Below, piece after piece: positions 27,213 to 35,900 of a stretch of 52,890 nt of DNA; position 1 is the stretch's first letter, and the number at the start of each line of letters is the position of its first letter. The position numbers and the translations under genes were made by a program. The notes beneath the pieces were generated by a model. That model was not told where the DNA came from. It ran no database searches and saw only the letters and a list, made by a program, of their open reading frames with translations. This stretch comes from Gemmatimonadales bacterium (lineage in GTDB: Bacteria; Gemmatimonadota; Gemmatimonadetes; Gemmatimonadales; GWC2-71-9): positions 1 through 52,890 of the forward strand of contig DASVGF010000082.1 of assembly GCA_036379675.1 (NCBI GenBank), in the 5' to 3' direction.

Positions 27213-27883
27213 CGGACCAGATGGACCGGCGGCGGCGCCGAGGCAAGGGTGCTCGGCTCGGGCACGAGCGGATTCACCGCACCGTCCGCCGCCTGGGGCA
27301 GCGGCCGGGGCGCCGAGGGAACGCCGTGAAGGAAGTGATCGAGCAGCCGGTAGCCGTGCTCCGTCAGCACCGATTCCGGATGGAATTGAACGCCGTGCAC
27401 CGGATGCTCCGTATGTTGGACGGCCATGATCTCTCCGTCCTCGGAGGTCGCGGTTACCCTGAGCCACGGCGGAACCGAGGCGGGCGCGATCACCAGCGAG
27501 TGATAGCGGGTGGCCGAGAACGGGCTGGGCAGTCCGGCGAACAGCCCGGCACCGGTGTGATGGATGCGGGACACCTTGCCGTGCATCGGCGCGCCGGCCC
27601 GGACGATCTCTCCCCCGTAGGCGGCGCCGATACACTGGTGCCCGAGGCACACCCCCAGAATGGGAATGGTGCCCCCCACCTGACGCACCAGCTCGGTCGA
27701 GATACCGGCTTCCTTGGGAGAGCAGGGGCCGGGCGAGATGATGATGTGGGAGGGCGCAAGGGCGACTACCTCGTCCACGCTCACGGCGTCGTGGCGCCGA
27801 ACCAGCGGAGTCTCGCCCAGCTCGCGTACGTAGCGCGCGAGGTTGTAGACGAAGGAGTCGTAGTTGTCGATGAGGAGAATCAC
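27209..27883 (-). CDS. pabA: Aminodeoxychorismate/anthranilate synthase component II (glutamine amidotransferase)
   Basis: MILLIDNYDSFVYNLARY, GVCLGHQ (catalytic Cys), and HPES. The GTG overlaps the pabB stop (GTGA). Confidence 0.85.
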   Translation of the reverse strand: MILLIDNYDSFVYNLARYVRELGETPLVRRHDAVSVDEVVALAPSHIIISPGPCSPKEAGISTELVRQVGGTIPILGVCLGHQCIGAAYGGEIVRAGAPMHGKVSRIHHTGAGLFAGLPSPFSATRYHSLVIAPASVPPWLRVTATSEDGEIMAVQHTEHPVHGVQFHPESVLTEHGYRLLDHFLHGVPSAPRPLPQAADGAVNPLVPEPSTLASAPPPVHLVR

Positions 27884-29370
27884 GACTCGCGACTCTCGAC
27901 TAACGTCTCAATCAATCCGCGCGCCTTGTCCAGCGTCTCCCGGTATTCCAGCTCGGGATCCGAATCGGCCACGATGCCCCCGCCTGCCTGGAAGTATATC
28001 TGCCCGCGGAGAGCCAGATAGGTGCGGATGACGATGCTGGTGTCCATGGCGCCGGTGGCGCTGATGTAGCCGATAGACCCGCAGTACACGCCCCGCTGGG
28101 TAGGCTCGAGCTCCGCGATGATCTCCATGGCGCGCACCTTCGGCGCGCCGGTGATCGAGCCACCCGGGAAGGCGGCGCGGATCACGTCCGCCGCATCGGC
28201 ACCCGGCTCCAGCTCCCCTATGACGGTCGAGACCAGGTGATGCACCGTCGGGTGATGCTCCAGGGCAAAGAGCTCGGGGACCCTGACGGTGCCCGGCCGG
28301 CACACGCGGGAGAGGTCGTTCCGCAGGAGATCCACGATCATCACGTTCTCGGCCCGATCCTTTTGACTCTCAGCCAGGGCCCGGCCCAGCGCCGCGTCGT
28401 GCATGGGGCCGAGTCCCCGGGGCCGGGTGCCCTTGATGGGACGGGTCTCGATGCTGCGCCGGTCTCCATCCAGCCGGAGGAACCGCTCGGGTGAGGCGCT
28501 CACCACCGCCATGTCAGCGAAATCGAGATAGGCGGCAAACGGCGCCGGGTTGTGTCGCCGGAGCCGGCGATACAGGTCGAACGGCGGCTCATCGAGACGC
28601 CCTTCGAACCGCTGGGACAGGTTGGCCTGAAAGATGTCGCCGGCGACGATGTAGTCGCGCACCCGGGCGACGGCGTCGAGATATCCGCGATGGGTAAAGG
28701 TGGAGCGCAGTCCGATCTTTTCTGCCGCTTCGATCCCGGCAACAGGGTAGGAGGGCGCCAGCCCGGTCGGGGGCAATCCCGGTATGCCTCCCCGCTTCCC
28801 CGCTTCCCCTCCTACCCGCTTACCCCTCAGGCGCTCCCGGACCATGGCCAGCCGCTCTCGCGCCCGGGCCTCCTGGGACGCCCCGGTCTCGGGGAGTCCG
28901 GTTGAGATCACCCATGCCTGGCCGGCCCGGTGGTCCCACGCGATCACCCAGTCGTACAGACCGAGCACGACGTCGGGTATGGCGAGGTCATCGTACCGCG
29001 GACGGGGCAGCCGTTCGAGCACCGCGCCCCAGTCGTAGCCGATGTATCCCGCAAGGCCGCCCTGAAATGGCGGAAGGCCAGGCAGCGGGGCCGCCGGCTC
29101 GGCCGGCAACACGCCCCGGGCGACCGCGAGCGCGTCACCAGTGACGCCGGCCCATACTCCGTTCTGAAGAACTTCGGTGCTGGCGCCTTTGCTCCGTACC
29201 ACCCGCACCGGGTCTGCGGCGAGAAAGGAGTACTGGGCATCGGGGTGCTGCTGCATGGCGGCGCTGTCGAGCAACAGCACGTAGGGAAGATCGAGGAACT
29301 GAGCGCACACCTGCACTGGATCCAGCATCCCGCCAAGGGGCTCGGCCAGCGGTCGGGAGCCGGTGCTCAT
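27880..29370 (-). CDS. pabB: Aminodeoxychorismate synthase component I (chorismate-binding enzyme)
   Basis: SPERFL, PIKGTRPRG, FPGGSITGAPK and YCGSIGY motifs. The ATG overlaps the upstream stop (ATGA). Confidence 0.85.
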   Translation of the reverse strand: MSTGSRPLAEPLGGMLDPVQVCAQFLDLPYVLLLDSAAMQQHPDAQYSFLAADPVRVVRSKGASTEVLQNGVWAGVTGDALAVARGVLPAEPAAPLPGLPPFQGGLAGYIGYDWGAVLERLPRPRYDDLAIPDVVLGLYDWVIAWDHRAGQAWVISTGLPETGASQEARARERLAMVRERLRGKRVGGEAGKRGGIPGLPPTGLAPSYPVAGIEAAEKIGLRSTFTHRGYLDAVARVRDYIVAGDIFQANLSQRFEGRLDEPPFDLYRRLRRHNPAPFAAYLDFADMAVVSASPERFLRLDGDRRSIETRPIKGTRPRGLGPMHDAALGRALAESQKDRAENVMIVDLLRNDLSRVCRPGTVRVPELFALEHHPTVHHLVSTVIGELEPGADAADVIRAAFPGGSITGAPKVRAMEIIAELEPTQRGVYCGSIGYISATGAMDTSIVIRTYLALRGQIYFQAGGGIVADSDPELEYRETLDKARGLIETLVESRES

Positions 29371-30878
29371 CCTCCCGAGGCCTTGCTGCCCCGGCGCCCC
29401 GCTGCCCCCTGGCTCGATGGCTCCGGGCCGGCTCCGCCGCCCCGCTTCCTCGACCGCTGCGTCAGCTTGACGTGCTCCGACTTGACGTCGTCCGGCGGGG
29501 TGAGATACCCCCAGCTCAGGGCGCCTTCCTGCCGATAGGTCTTGCCCAGCGTGATGGCCAGCCGGGCCTTCATCAGCTCACGCCCGAGATAGAAGGCGTG
29601 GGTTGCCTCCTCGACGCCGAGCCGGCCGAAAATCTCCTGGATGTCGGTGCCGCGGATGAACAGCTCGTTGTTGAAGACCGTGATGGTGTGCCGGTCGGTG
29701 AAGATCCGGAAGTTCGGGTCTGTCACCTCCGCGTGCAGCCGCCGGAGCTCGGCCTCGTCGTATTCCAGGACCGCCGGATCCTTCACGGTCAGGAGCCGAT
29801 CATCCACGCCTTTCGGAAGAGTGCGATGAGTCACCGCGTGGTGCATGAGGCGGCGGGCGATGTCCACCTCCTTCACCGCCCCGCGAGCCCAGGGGATCAC
29901 CTCGGTGGTGAGCACGGCCCGCACCCCGGTCTCCTCGCACAGGGCCAGCAGCAACGCGTTCACCCCGGTGGTATCGGCGCTGGTAAGCTCGGTGATGTTG
30001 CCGATGCCCATGAGCTGCGCCGCCTCCGGATAGCGGCGGTGTACTTCGGCGTAGCGCTCGAGCGACGCCATGAAGCCGAAGCCGATCGGCTCGATGACCG
30101 GGTCGATGAGATAGGGGACCCGCCATTGCTCCAGCTGCGCGATGTTGCGGCCGAGCGACTCCAGCCCTTCGCCGAAGTCGGGAATGACCACGACGCGGGC
30201 TCCGGTGCCCGGGAGCTCCCGGGCTGCCTCCAGGTTGCTGCCGTTCACACTCAGCACCAGCTCGGCGCCTGCGGCCACCGCGGTGCGGATCTCGGCCGGA
30301 TCGAAGCTGTCCACGCTGACCCGCATGCCGGCCTGGCGCAGCTCCCGCACCACGTCGGCCAGCTCGGGAAAGGGAACTCCCGGCGTGCAGCCGATATCGA
30401 TCAGGTCGGCCCCGCTCGACTGGAAGTAGTCGGCGGCGGCCCGGATCTCGGCTCGCGAGAGCTTGGGCGCGTTGTTGATCTCGGCCAGGATCTCGATGGA
30501 ATAGGCGCCGTAGTCGGGAGCTGCCGCCTGCTGGCCGAAATAGCGGGGAATCTCCCGCAGATCCTTGGGCCCCTTCTCCACCCTCACGCCGAATCGATCC
30601 CTCAGCACCGCCGTGTCGCCCTCGCAGAGACCGGGAATCAGCACCAGGTCGGTGTCGGGAGGAACCTCGAGGAACCGGGCGATCCAGGGTGTGGTCATCA
30701 GCGCCGCCACGGTGATCTTCATGACGGCGACATCGGGCTCGAACGGCGGCTGCATCTCGCGAAGCACCCGGCGCAGTGCCGGCTCCGCCAGCTTGCCGGT
30801 AACGAAGAGGACACGGCGGTAAGGCGGTAAGGCGGTAGGACGGCCAGACTCCGAGCCGGCATCGGCCGTTGTGCCCAC
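29367..30878 (-). CDS. Dihydropteroate-synthase-like protein of H4MPT biosynthesis (DUF6513 N-domain plus pterin-binding domain)
   Basis: 503 aa, GTG start 30878. RRVLFVTGKLAEPALRRVL N-domain, then a pterin-binding TIM-barrel-like region (ADLIDIGC..., SVDSF...). Low-complexity basic tail. Confidence 0.85.
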   Translation of the reverse strand: MGTTADAGSESGRPTALPPYRRVLFVTGKLAEPALRRVLREMQPPFEPDVAVMKITVAALMTTPWIARFLEVPPDTDLVLIPGLCEGDTAVLRDRFGVRVEKGPKDLREIPRYFGQQAAAPDYGAYSIEILAEINNAPKLSRAEIRAAADYFQSSGADLIDIGCTPGVPFPELADVVRELRQAGMRVSVDSFDPAEIRTAVAAGAELVLSVNGSNLEAARELPGTGARVVVIPDFGEGLESLGRNIAQLEQWRVPYLIDPVIEPIGFGFMASLERYAEVHRRYPEAAQLMGIGNITELTSADTTGVNALLLALCEETGVRAVLTTEVIPWARGAVKEVDIARRLMHHAVTHRTLPKGVDDRLLTVKDPAVLEYDEAELRRLHAEVTDPNFRIFTDRHTITVFNNELFIRGTDIQEIFGRLGVEEATHAFYLGRELMKARLAITLGKTYRQEGALSWGYLTPPDDVKSEHVKLTQRSRKRGGGAGPEPSSQGAAGRRGSKASGG

Positions 30879-30908
30879 GCTTGCTTACCGCCTTTCCGCC
30901 TTACCGCC
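30815..30908. repeat. Imperfect 25-bp inverted repeat built from tandem octamers (GGCGGTAA x3) bracketing the DHPS-like start codon
   Basis: Left arm 30815-30839 is ggcggtaaggcggtaaggcggtagg. The reverse complement of the right arm 30884-30908 is ggcggtaaggcggaaaggcggtaag (23/25 match). The 44-nt spacer contains the GTG start (30878-30876). Confidence 0.6.
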
Positions 30909-31271
30909 CTACCTCGGATCCCCCGACCGCACCCACTTGTTGGGCGTGCCCTCGAGCGCGCCACCTTCGGGCTTCCAGAGGATGGCGTCCTCGATCTTGC
31001 GGGCCAGCTCGAAGTCCTTGTCGGTGATGCCCCCGGCGGCATGGTTCTGCAGCTTCACGGTGACCCTGCCCCAGGTAACGGTCAGGTCGGGATGGTGGTA
31101 CGCGGCTTCGGCCAGGTAGCCCACCGCATTGACCAGCATGAGGGTGGTGGGCCAGCCATCGGTCTTGTAGACCCGGCGAATCCAGCCGTCCTCGTAGTAC
31201 CAGCCGGGGAGCTCCTTGAGCCGCTCGGCGATCTCGGTGTCGTTGTAAGTGCGCTCTTTGGTTGCGGGCAT
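30909..31271 (-). CDS. phhB: 4a-hydroxytetrahydrobiopterin (pterin-4a-carbinolamine) dehydratase
   Basis: C-terminal 120 aa of ORF 30909..32105. ATG 31271 behind GGAGG. LKELPGWYYEDGWIRRVYKT...EAAYHHPDLTVTWGRVTVKLQNH. Confidence 0.9.
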   Translation of the reverse strand: MPATKERTYNDTEIAERLKELPGWYYEDGWIRRVYKTDGWPTTLMLVNAVGYLAEAAYHHPDLTVTWGRVTVKLQNHAAGGITDKDFELARKIEDAILWKPEGGALEGTPNKWVRSGDPR

Positions 31272-31303
31272 TGTGCCTCCTTGTTTTATGAGCTGGGAGC
31301 TAG

Positions 31304-32053
31304 CTACATCACCACTCCCCCATTTACCGCCAGCATCTGTCCAGTGATAAACGCCGCGTCGTCGGATGCGAGAAAAACAGCCGCGGCAGCCACATCGTCT
31401 GGCGTTCCCCAGCGCTGGAGCGGCGTCATCCCGATCACCTTGTCGCGGAATCGCGGGTTGGCCCCCTCGCCGAAGGCCGTCTCGATGAATCCGGGGGCAA
31501 GGATGTTTACCCGGATGCTGGGGGCAACATCGCGCGCCAGCGATTTGCTGAAGCTGGCGATCCCACCCTTGGCGGCGGAGTAGAGGCCCGGGTTTTCGCC
31601 CTCCATTCCCAAGGTGACGTGGTCCCAGGACATATTGATAATCACCCCGCCTCCCTGGGCCCGCATCAGGTCCACCGCGGCCCACGAGGCGAGCACCGTC
31701 CCCCGGAGATCCACCTGCAACACCAGGTCGAGCTTTTCCAGACGGGACAGAGTGCCGCCCTGGCCGGTCAGGATGTCCGCCCCGGCGTTGTTGATCCACA
31801 CATCCACCCGGTCGAACGTTCGCTTGAGCCGGTGTGTCAGCGACTCGATTTCTTCCCGCTGGCTGATATCGGCGCGGACGACTTCCACCCGCCGGCCCAG
31901 GGCCCGGACTTGCTCTGCGGTCGCCTCGGCGCCGCTCTGGTTCTGTCGGTAAGTAATGGCGAGATCGGCCCCGGCCCGGGCGCACCGGAGGGCGATGGCT
32001 TGACCGATACCGCTCGACGCTCCGGTTACCAGCACGACCTTGTGGTCCAGCAA
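31304..32053 (-). CDS. Short-chain dehydrogenase/reductase (FabG/pteridine-reductase-like)
   Basis: TTG start 32053, 7 nt after GGAGG. VLVTGASSGIGQAIA (TGxxxGxG), NNAG, and YSAAK catalytic motif. Confidence 0.85.
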   Translation of the reverse strand: MLDHKVVLVTGASSGIGQAIALRCARAGADLAITYRQNQSGAEATAEQVRALGRRVEVVRADISQREEIESLTHRLKRTFDRVDVWINNAGADILTGQGGTLSRLEKLDLVLQVDLRGTVLASWAAVDLMRAQGGGVIINMSWDHVTLGMEGENPGLYSAAKGGIASFSKSLARDVAPSIRVNILAPGFIETAFGEGANPRFRDKVIGMTPLQRWGTPDDVAAAAVFLASDDAAFITGQMLAVNGGVVM

Positions 32054-32138
32054 TCCGCCGCCTCCCCTTCGTACCCTGCCGGTGTAACTTCTTAACTGCT
32101 AACATATCAGTAGTTTAGCATCTAACAAGGGAGCGGGT

Positions 32139-32891
32139 GTGCAGCTGCTCGTCAGTGTCAGGTCGGCCGCGGAGGTAGCACCCGCCCTGGCGGGGGGCGC
32201 CGACATCATCGATGCCAAGGAGCCTGCCCGAGGGCCGCTTGGAGCGGTGGCCGCGGATGTCATGGCCGAAGTACTCGCCCGGGTGCCGGAGGATCGCCGG
32301 TTCAGCGCGGCTCTGGGCGACCTCTCCACTGAGGAGGACGTCCTCCGCGCGTTCGGCTCGGTGCGGTTGGCCCCCAGGCGCGCCGCGGTGTATCTGAAGG
32401 CAGGATTCGGAGGAGTCTCGTCGGCCACCGTGCTGAGCCGGCTGCTCGACTGCGCGATCGAGGCGGCGGCGCGTCATCCCGGGTACCCGCGTCTGGTGGC
32501 GGTGGCCTACGCCGACCGGGCCGGCTTTCTCCCTCCGGCGGACCTGGCCCAGCGGGCAGCCTACGCCGGCGCGGCCGGAGTGCTGCTCGACACGTACCAC
32601 AAGGACGGGCGCGGGTTGTTCGGGTCGATGACTCCTGATGCCGTAGCCGCGTGGGTGGCGGGGGTCCGAAGGTTGGGCCTCCTTGCAGCCGTGGCGGGTG
32701 AGATCGGGCTGGCCGACATGGAAACGGTGCAGGCACTGGGGGTGGATATCGTGGGGGTACGAGGTGCCGCGTGCGAGGGGGGTAGGGGAGGCACGGTATC
32801 CGCTCAGCGGGTGACGGAGCTCCGCCTGCGGATGACCCCCAACGCTTTCGGGCTGTCTTCGATTGGGGGCAAGGCCGAGGGGTTGTCCTGA
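32139..32891 (+). CDS. mfnB: (5-formylfuran-3-yl)methyl phosphate synthase (methanofuran biosynthesis)
   Basis: GTG start behind AAGGGAG. MQLLVSVRSAAEVAPALAGGADIIDAKEPARGPLGA, typical of the MfnB/DUF556 family. Confidence 0.8.
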   Translation: MQLLVSVRSAAEVAPALAGGADIIDAKEPARGPLGAVAADVMAEVLARVPEDRRFSAALGDLSTEEDVLRAFGSVRLAPRRAAVYLKAGFGGVSSATVLSRLLDCAIEAAARHPGYPRLVAVAYADRAGFLPPADLAQRAAYAGAAGVLLDTYHKDGRGLFGSMTPDAVAAWVAGVRRLGLLAAVAGEIGLADMETVQALGVDIVGVRGAACEGGRGGTVSAQRVTELRLRMTPNAFGLSSIGGKAEGLS

Positions 32892-32993
32892 GGAGTTGGC
32901 GAAACGCGGGAACCGGGGCGCATTCTTCCGATGAAAAACGCGCTAAGTTCCGCTAAATCAAAGGCTAGAGCCCTATTCAAGGGGGCATAACAC

Positions 32994-35900
32994 TTGCTCG
33001 GCAGGAGCCAGACTACGCCGACGTTTCAGGCTGGCTTCACCCACGCCCCGAGCACGAATTTGACTCTTCCGTCCACACCCCTGCGGAGCAAGTTTGGCCG
33101 CCGGCTGCTCGTCTTGTTCGTGGGCTGCGCACTGGTACCGATGGCGGTGCTCGCCAGTCTGTCGTACCGCCACGTCAAACAGCAACTCTACCGGCAGAGT
33201 GAGCATCAGCTGCAGCAGGCCAACCTGGCCCTGAGCCAGGCGATCTTCGAGCGCCTCCTGCTGCTGGACGCCACGCTCAAGAGCATTCCTCCCAAGGCCA
33301 TCCTCCAGCTGAATGCAGCCAAGCTGGGGCCCAAGGCTCCGCGACCGCCTGCGCCGCGTCCCAAGCCGAAGCTCGGGAATCAGACCCAGACCGGGAACAC
33401 CGATGGCCGGGTGGCCATGGGTGGCGTCCTCCTGAATGGCTTGCCTCGGCCGGCCGTGCCGGCCCGGCAGGGACCCTCCCGGGCCGAATTGATCGCCGCC
33501 AGTCAGGCGCTCATCGCGGGGCTCGATCTACTCGCCCGCCAGCGGTTCGTGGCCGTCGAGTTCGTGGGTGACGATGGCAACCGGATCGAGGTCTTCGGCC
33601 GGCTCAGCCGGCGTCCGCGCCTCACGTCGCGGGACAGCTCTGATCTGAGGCTGGGACTGCCCCTGATCATCACCGAGTATCCGCCGGGAAAGCCTTCTCG
33701 CGTCTTTCTGCTGCGCCGGATGATCCACCGCGGGGAAGTGCGCGGCACGTTGTTGGGAGAGGCGAGCCCGGAATACCTGTGGAGTACCCTGGAACAGAGC
33801 CTGCCCTCCCACACCAGCCGTCTGGTAGTGACGGATGACTCCGCCCGCGTGATCTTCAGCCTGGCCCGCAGTCCTGGGAGCCTGGCGCCGGGTGCGCCGG
33901 ATAGCTCGACCAGGCAGCCCGCGGACACGGCGCGGATGGCGGCATCGGCCGATGACTCCTACCTGTCCTCGTCCACCGAGATCCGGCTCCCGGAAGCGTT
34001 TGCCGCCCAGATGTGGCACGTGGTGCTGACCGAGCCCAAGGCCGCCGTGCTGGAGCCGATGGTGGAGTTCACCAACACGTTCCTCATCGTCATCGGGCTC
34101 TCCAGCCTGGCTGTGCTCCTGCTCAGCGTCAGCCAGATCCGCCGGAGCGTTCTGCCCCTCGAGGAGCTGCAGAAGGGCACCCGCCGAATCGCCCAGCGGG
34201 ATTTCACCAGCCGCGTCACCGTCACCAGCCGCGACGAATTCGAGCAGCTGGCCTCGTCCTTCAACACCATGGCGATGCAGCTCGGGCGGCAATTCAACGC
34301 CCTGGCCACCGCCGCCGAGATCGACCGGGCCGTGTTGTCCGCCACCGATGCCACCACCATCGTGGACACCATCCTGGCCCGGATCAGAGACGTCTTCCCG
34401 TGCAGCGTGGTCAGTGTGACGCTCGGCGTCCCTGACGGCGCCAATTCGCTTACCAGCGTCATCCAGGACTACGAGTCCGGCCAGCGTCATGTCGCCCGGG
34501 TGGGAATGCGCTCCACCGACGTGCAGACCATTCTCACCGGCCCCGAGGTGGTGGAGCTGCGCACCGGGGCCGGCGCCCCGTCCTACCTGGAGCCGCTGGT
34601 CGAGCTGGGCGCGGTGTCGTTCGTCATCCTCCCGCTCTCCTATCAGCGGCAGCTGTCCGGCATCATCGCCCTGGGCGAGCGGTTCGAGCTGGTGCCCAGC
34701 GAAGAAGACCGGGTCCAGATGCGGCGCCTGGCCGACCAGGCGGCCGTGGCCCTCGCCAACGCGCGCATGCTCGATCAGGTGCGGGAGCTGGCCTACTACG
34801 ACAGTCTCACCGGGCTGCCGAACCGGCTGTCGTACAAGGAGCGTCTGGCCTATGCCCTGGAGCAGGCCAGCCGGAACCAGAAGCTGGTGGCCGCCTTCTT
34901 CATCGACCTGGACCACTTCAGCCGCATCAACGACACGCTGGGTCACGAGGTGGGCGACCAGCTGCTGCGTCACGTCGCGGCGCGCCTGCGATCCTGCTGC
35001 CGGGAGCGGGAAGACGAAGTCGGCCCTGCCTTCGCCACGCTGGCGCCCGAGGTGGCGCGACTGGGGGGCGACGAATTCACGGTCATCATGCCGGGGCTGC
35101 ACGACCCGCAGGACGCCGCCAAGCTCGCGCGCCGGATCATCTCGAGCTTTGCCCAGCCCATGCGAGTCGGCACCCACGAGATCTTCATCAACGCGAGCAT
35201 CGGGATCGCCATCTATCCCTACGACGGCGAGGACCTGGACACGCTGCTGATGCACGCCGACACCGCCATGTACAAGGCCAAGGAACAGGGCGGCAACAGC
35301 TACCAGACCTACTCCAAGTCCATGACCACGACCGCGCTCCAGCGGCTCACCCTGGAGAACGATCTCCGGCGGGCGCTCGACCGGAACGAGTTCGAGGTCC
35401 ATTACCAGCCGATCGTGGATGCCTACACCGGAACCGTGGTGGGGGCCGAGGCGCTGCTCCGCTGGCGCCACCCGGAGCTGGGCCTGCTGCTTCCCTCGGA
35501 GTTCATTCCCATCGCCGAGGAGAATGGGCTGATCGTGCCCATGGGCGAGTGGATTCTTCAGACGGCCTGCGTGCAGAACCGCGCCTGGCAGGATGCCGGA
35601 CTGCCGCGGATTCGCGTAGGGGTGAATCTCTCCAGCCGCCAGCTCAAGCGCCGCCTGTCGGAGACGGTGAGCAAAGCCCTCCAGCTGAGCGGTCTCGAGC
35701 CCCGTTACCTGAGCCTCGAGCTTACCGAGAGCGTGCTGGTCAACCACCACAAGGAAGGCACCGAAGCGCTGCATGCTCTGCGCGCCATGGGCCTCCACCT
35801 CTCGGTGGACGATTTCGGCACCGGTTACTCCTCCTTCAGCTATCTGAAGCACTTCCCGCTGGATACGCTGAAGATCGACCGGTCGTTCATCCGTGAGATC

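Noticed and set aside
28789-28810. The tandem octamer (TCCCCGCT x2.6) in pabB considered as a phase-variation tract
   Set aside because: There are too few copies for efficient slippage. It simply encodes a low-complexity Gly/Lys/Arg linker.
30815-30908. The octamer repeat arrays considered as a CRISPR or a mobile-element terminal repeat
   Set aside because: There are only three 8-bp units per arm, no spacers, no cas or transposase genes, and one arm is coding. It is kept as a local inverted repeat or RNA structure instead.
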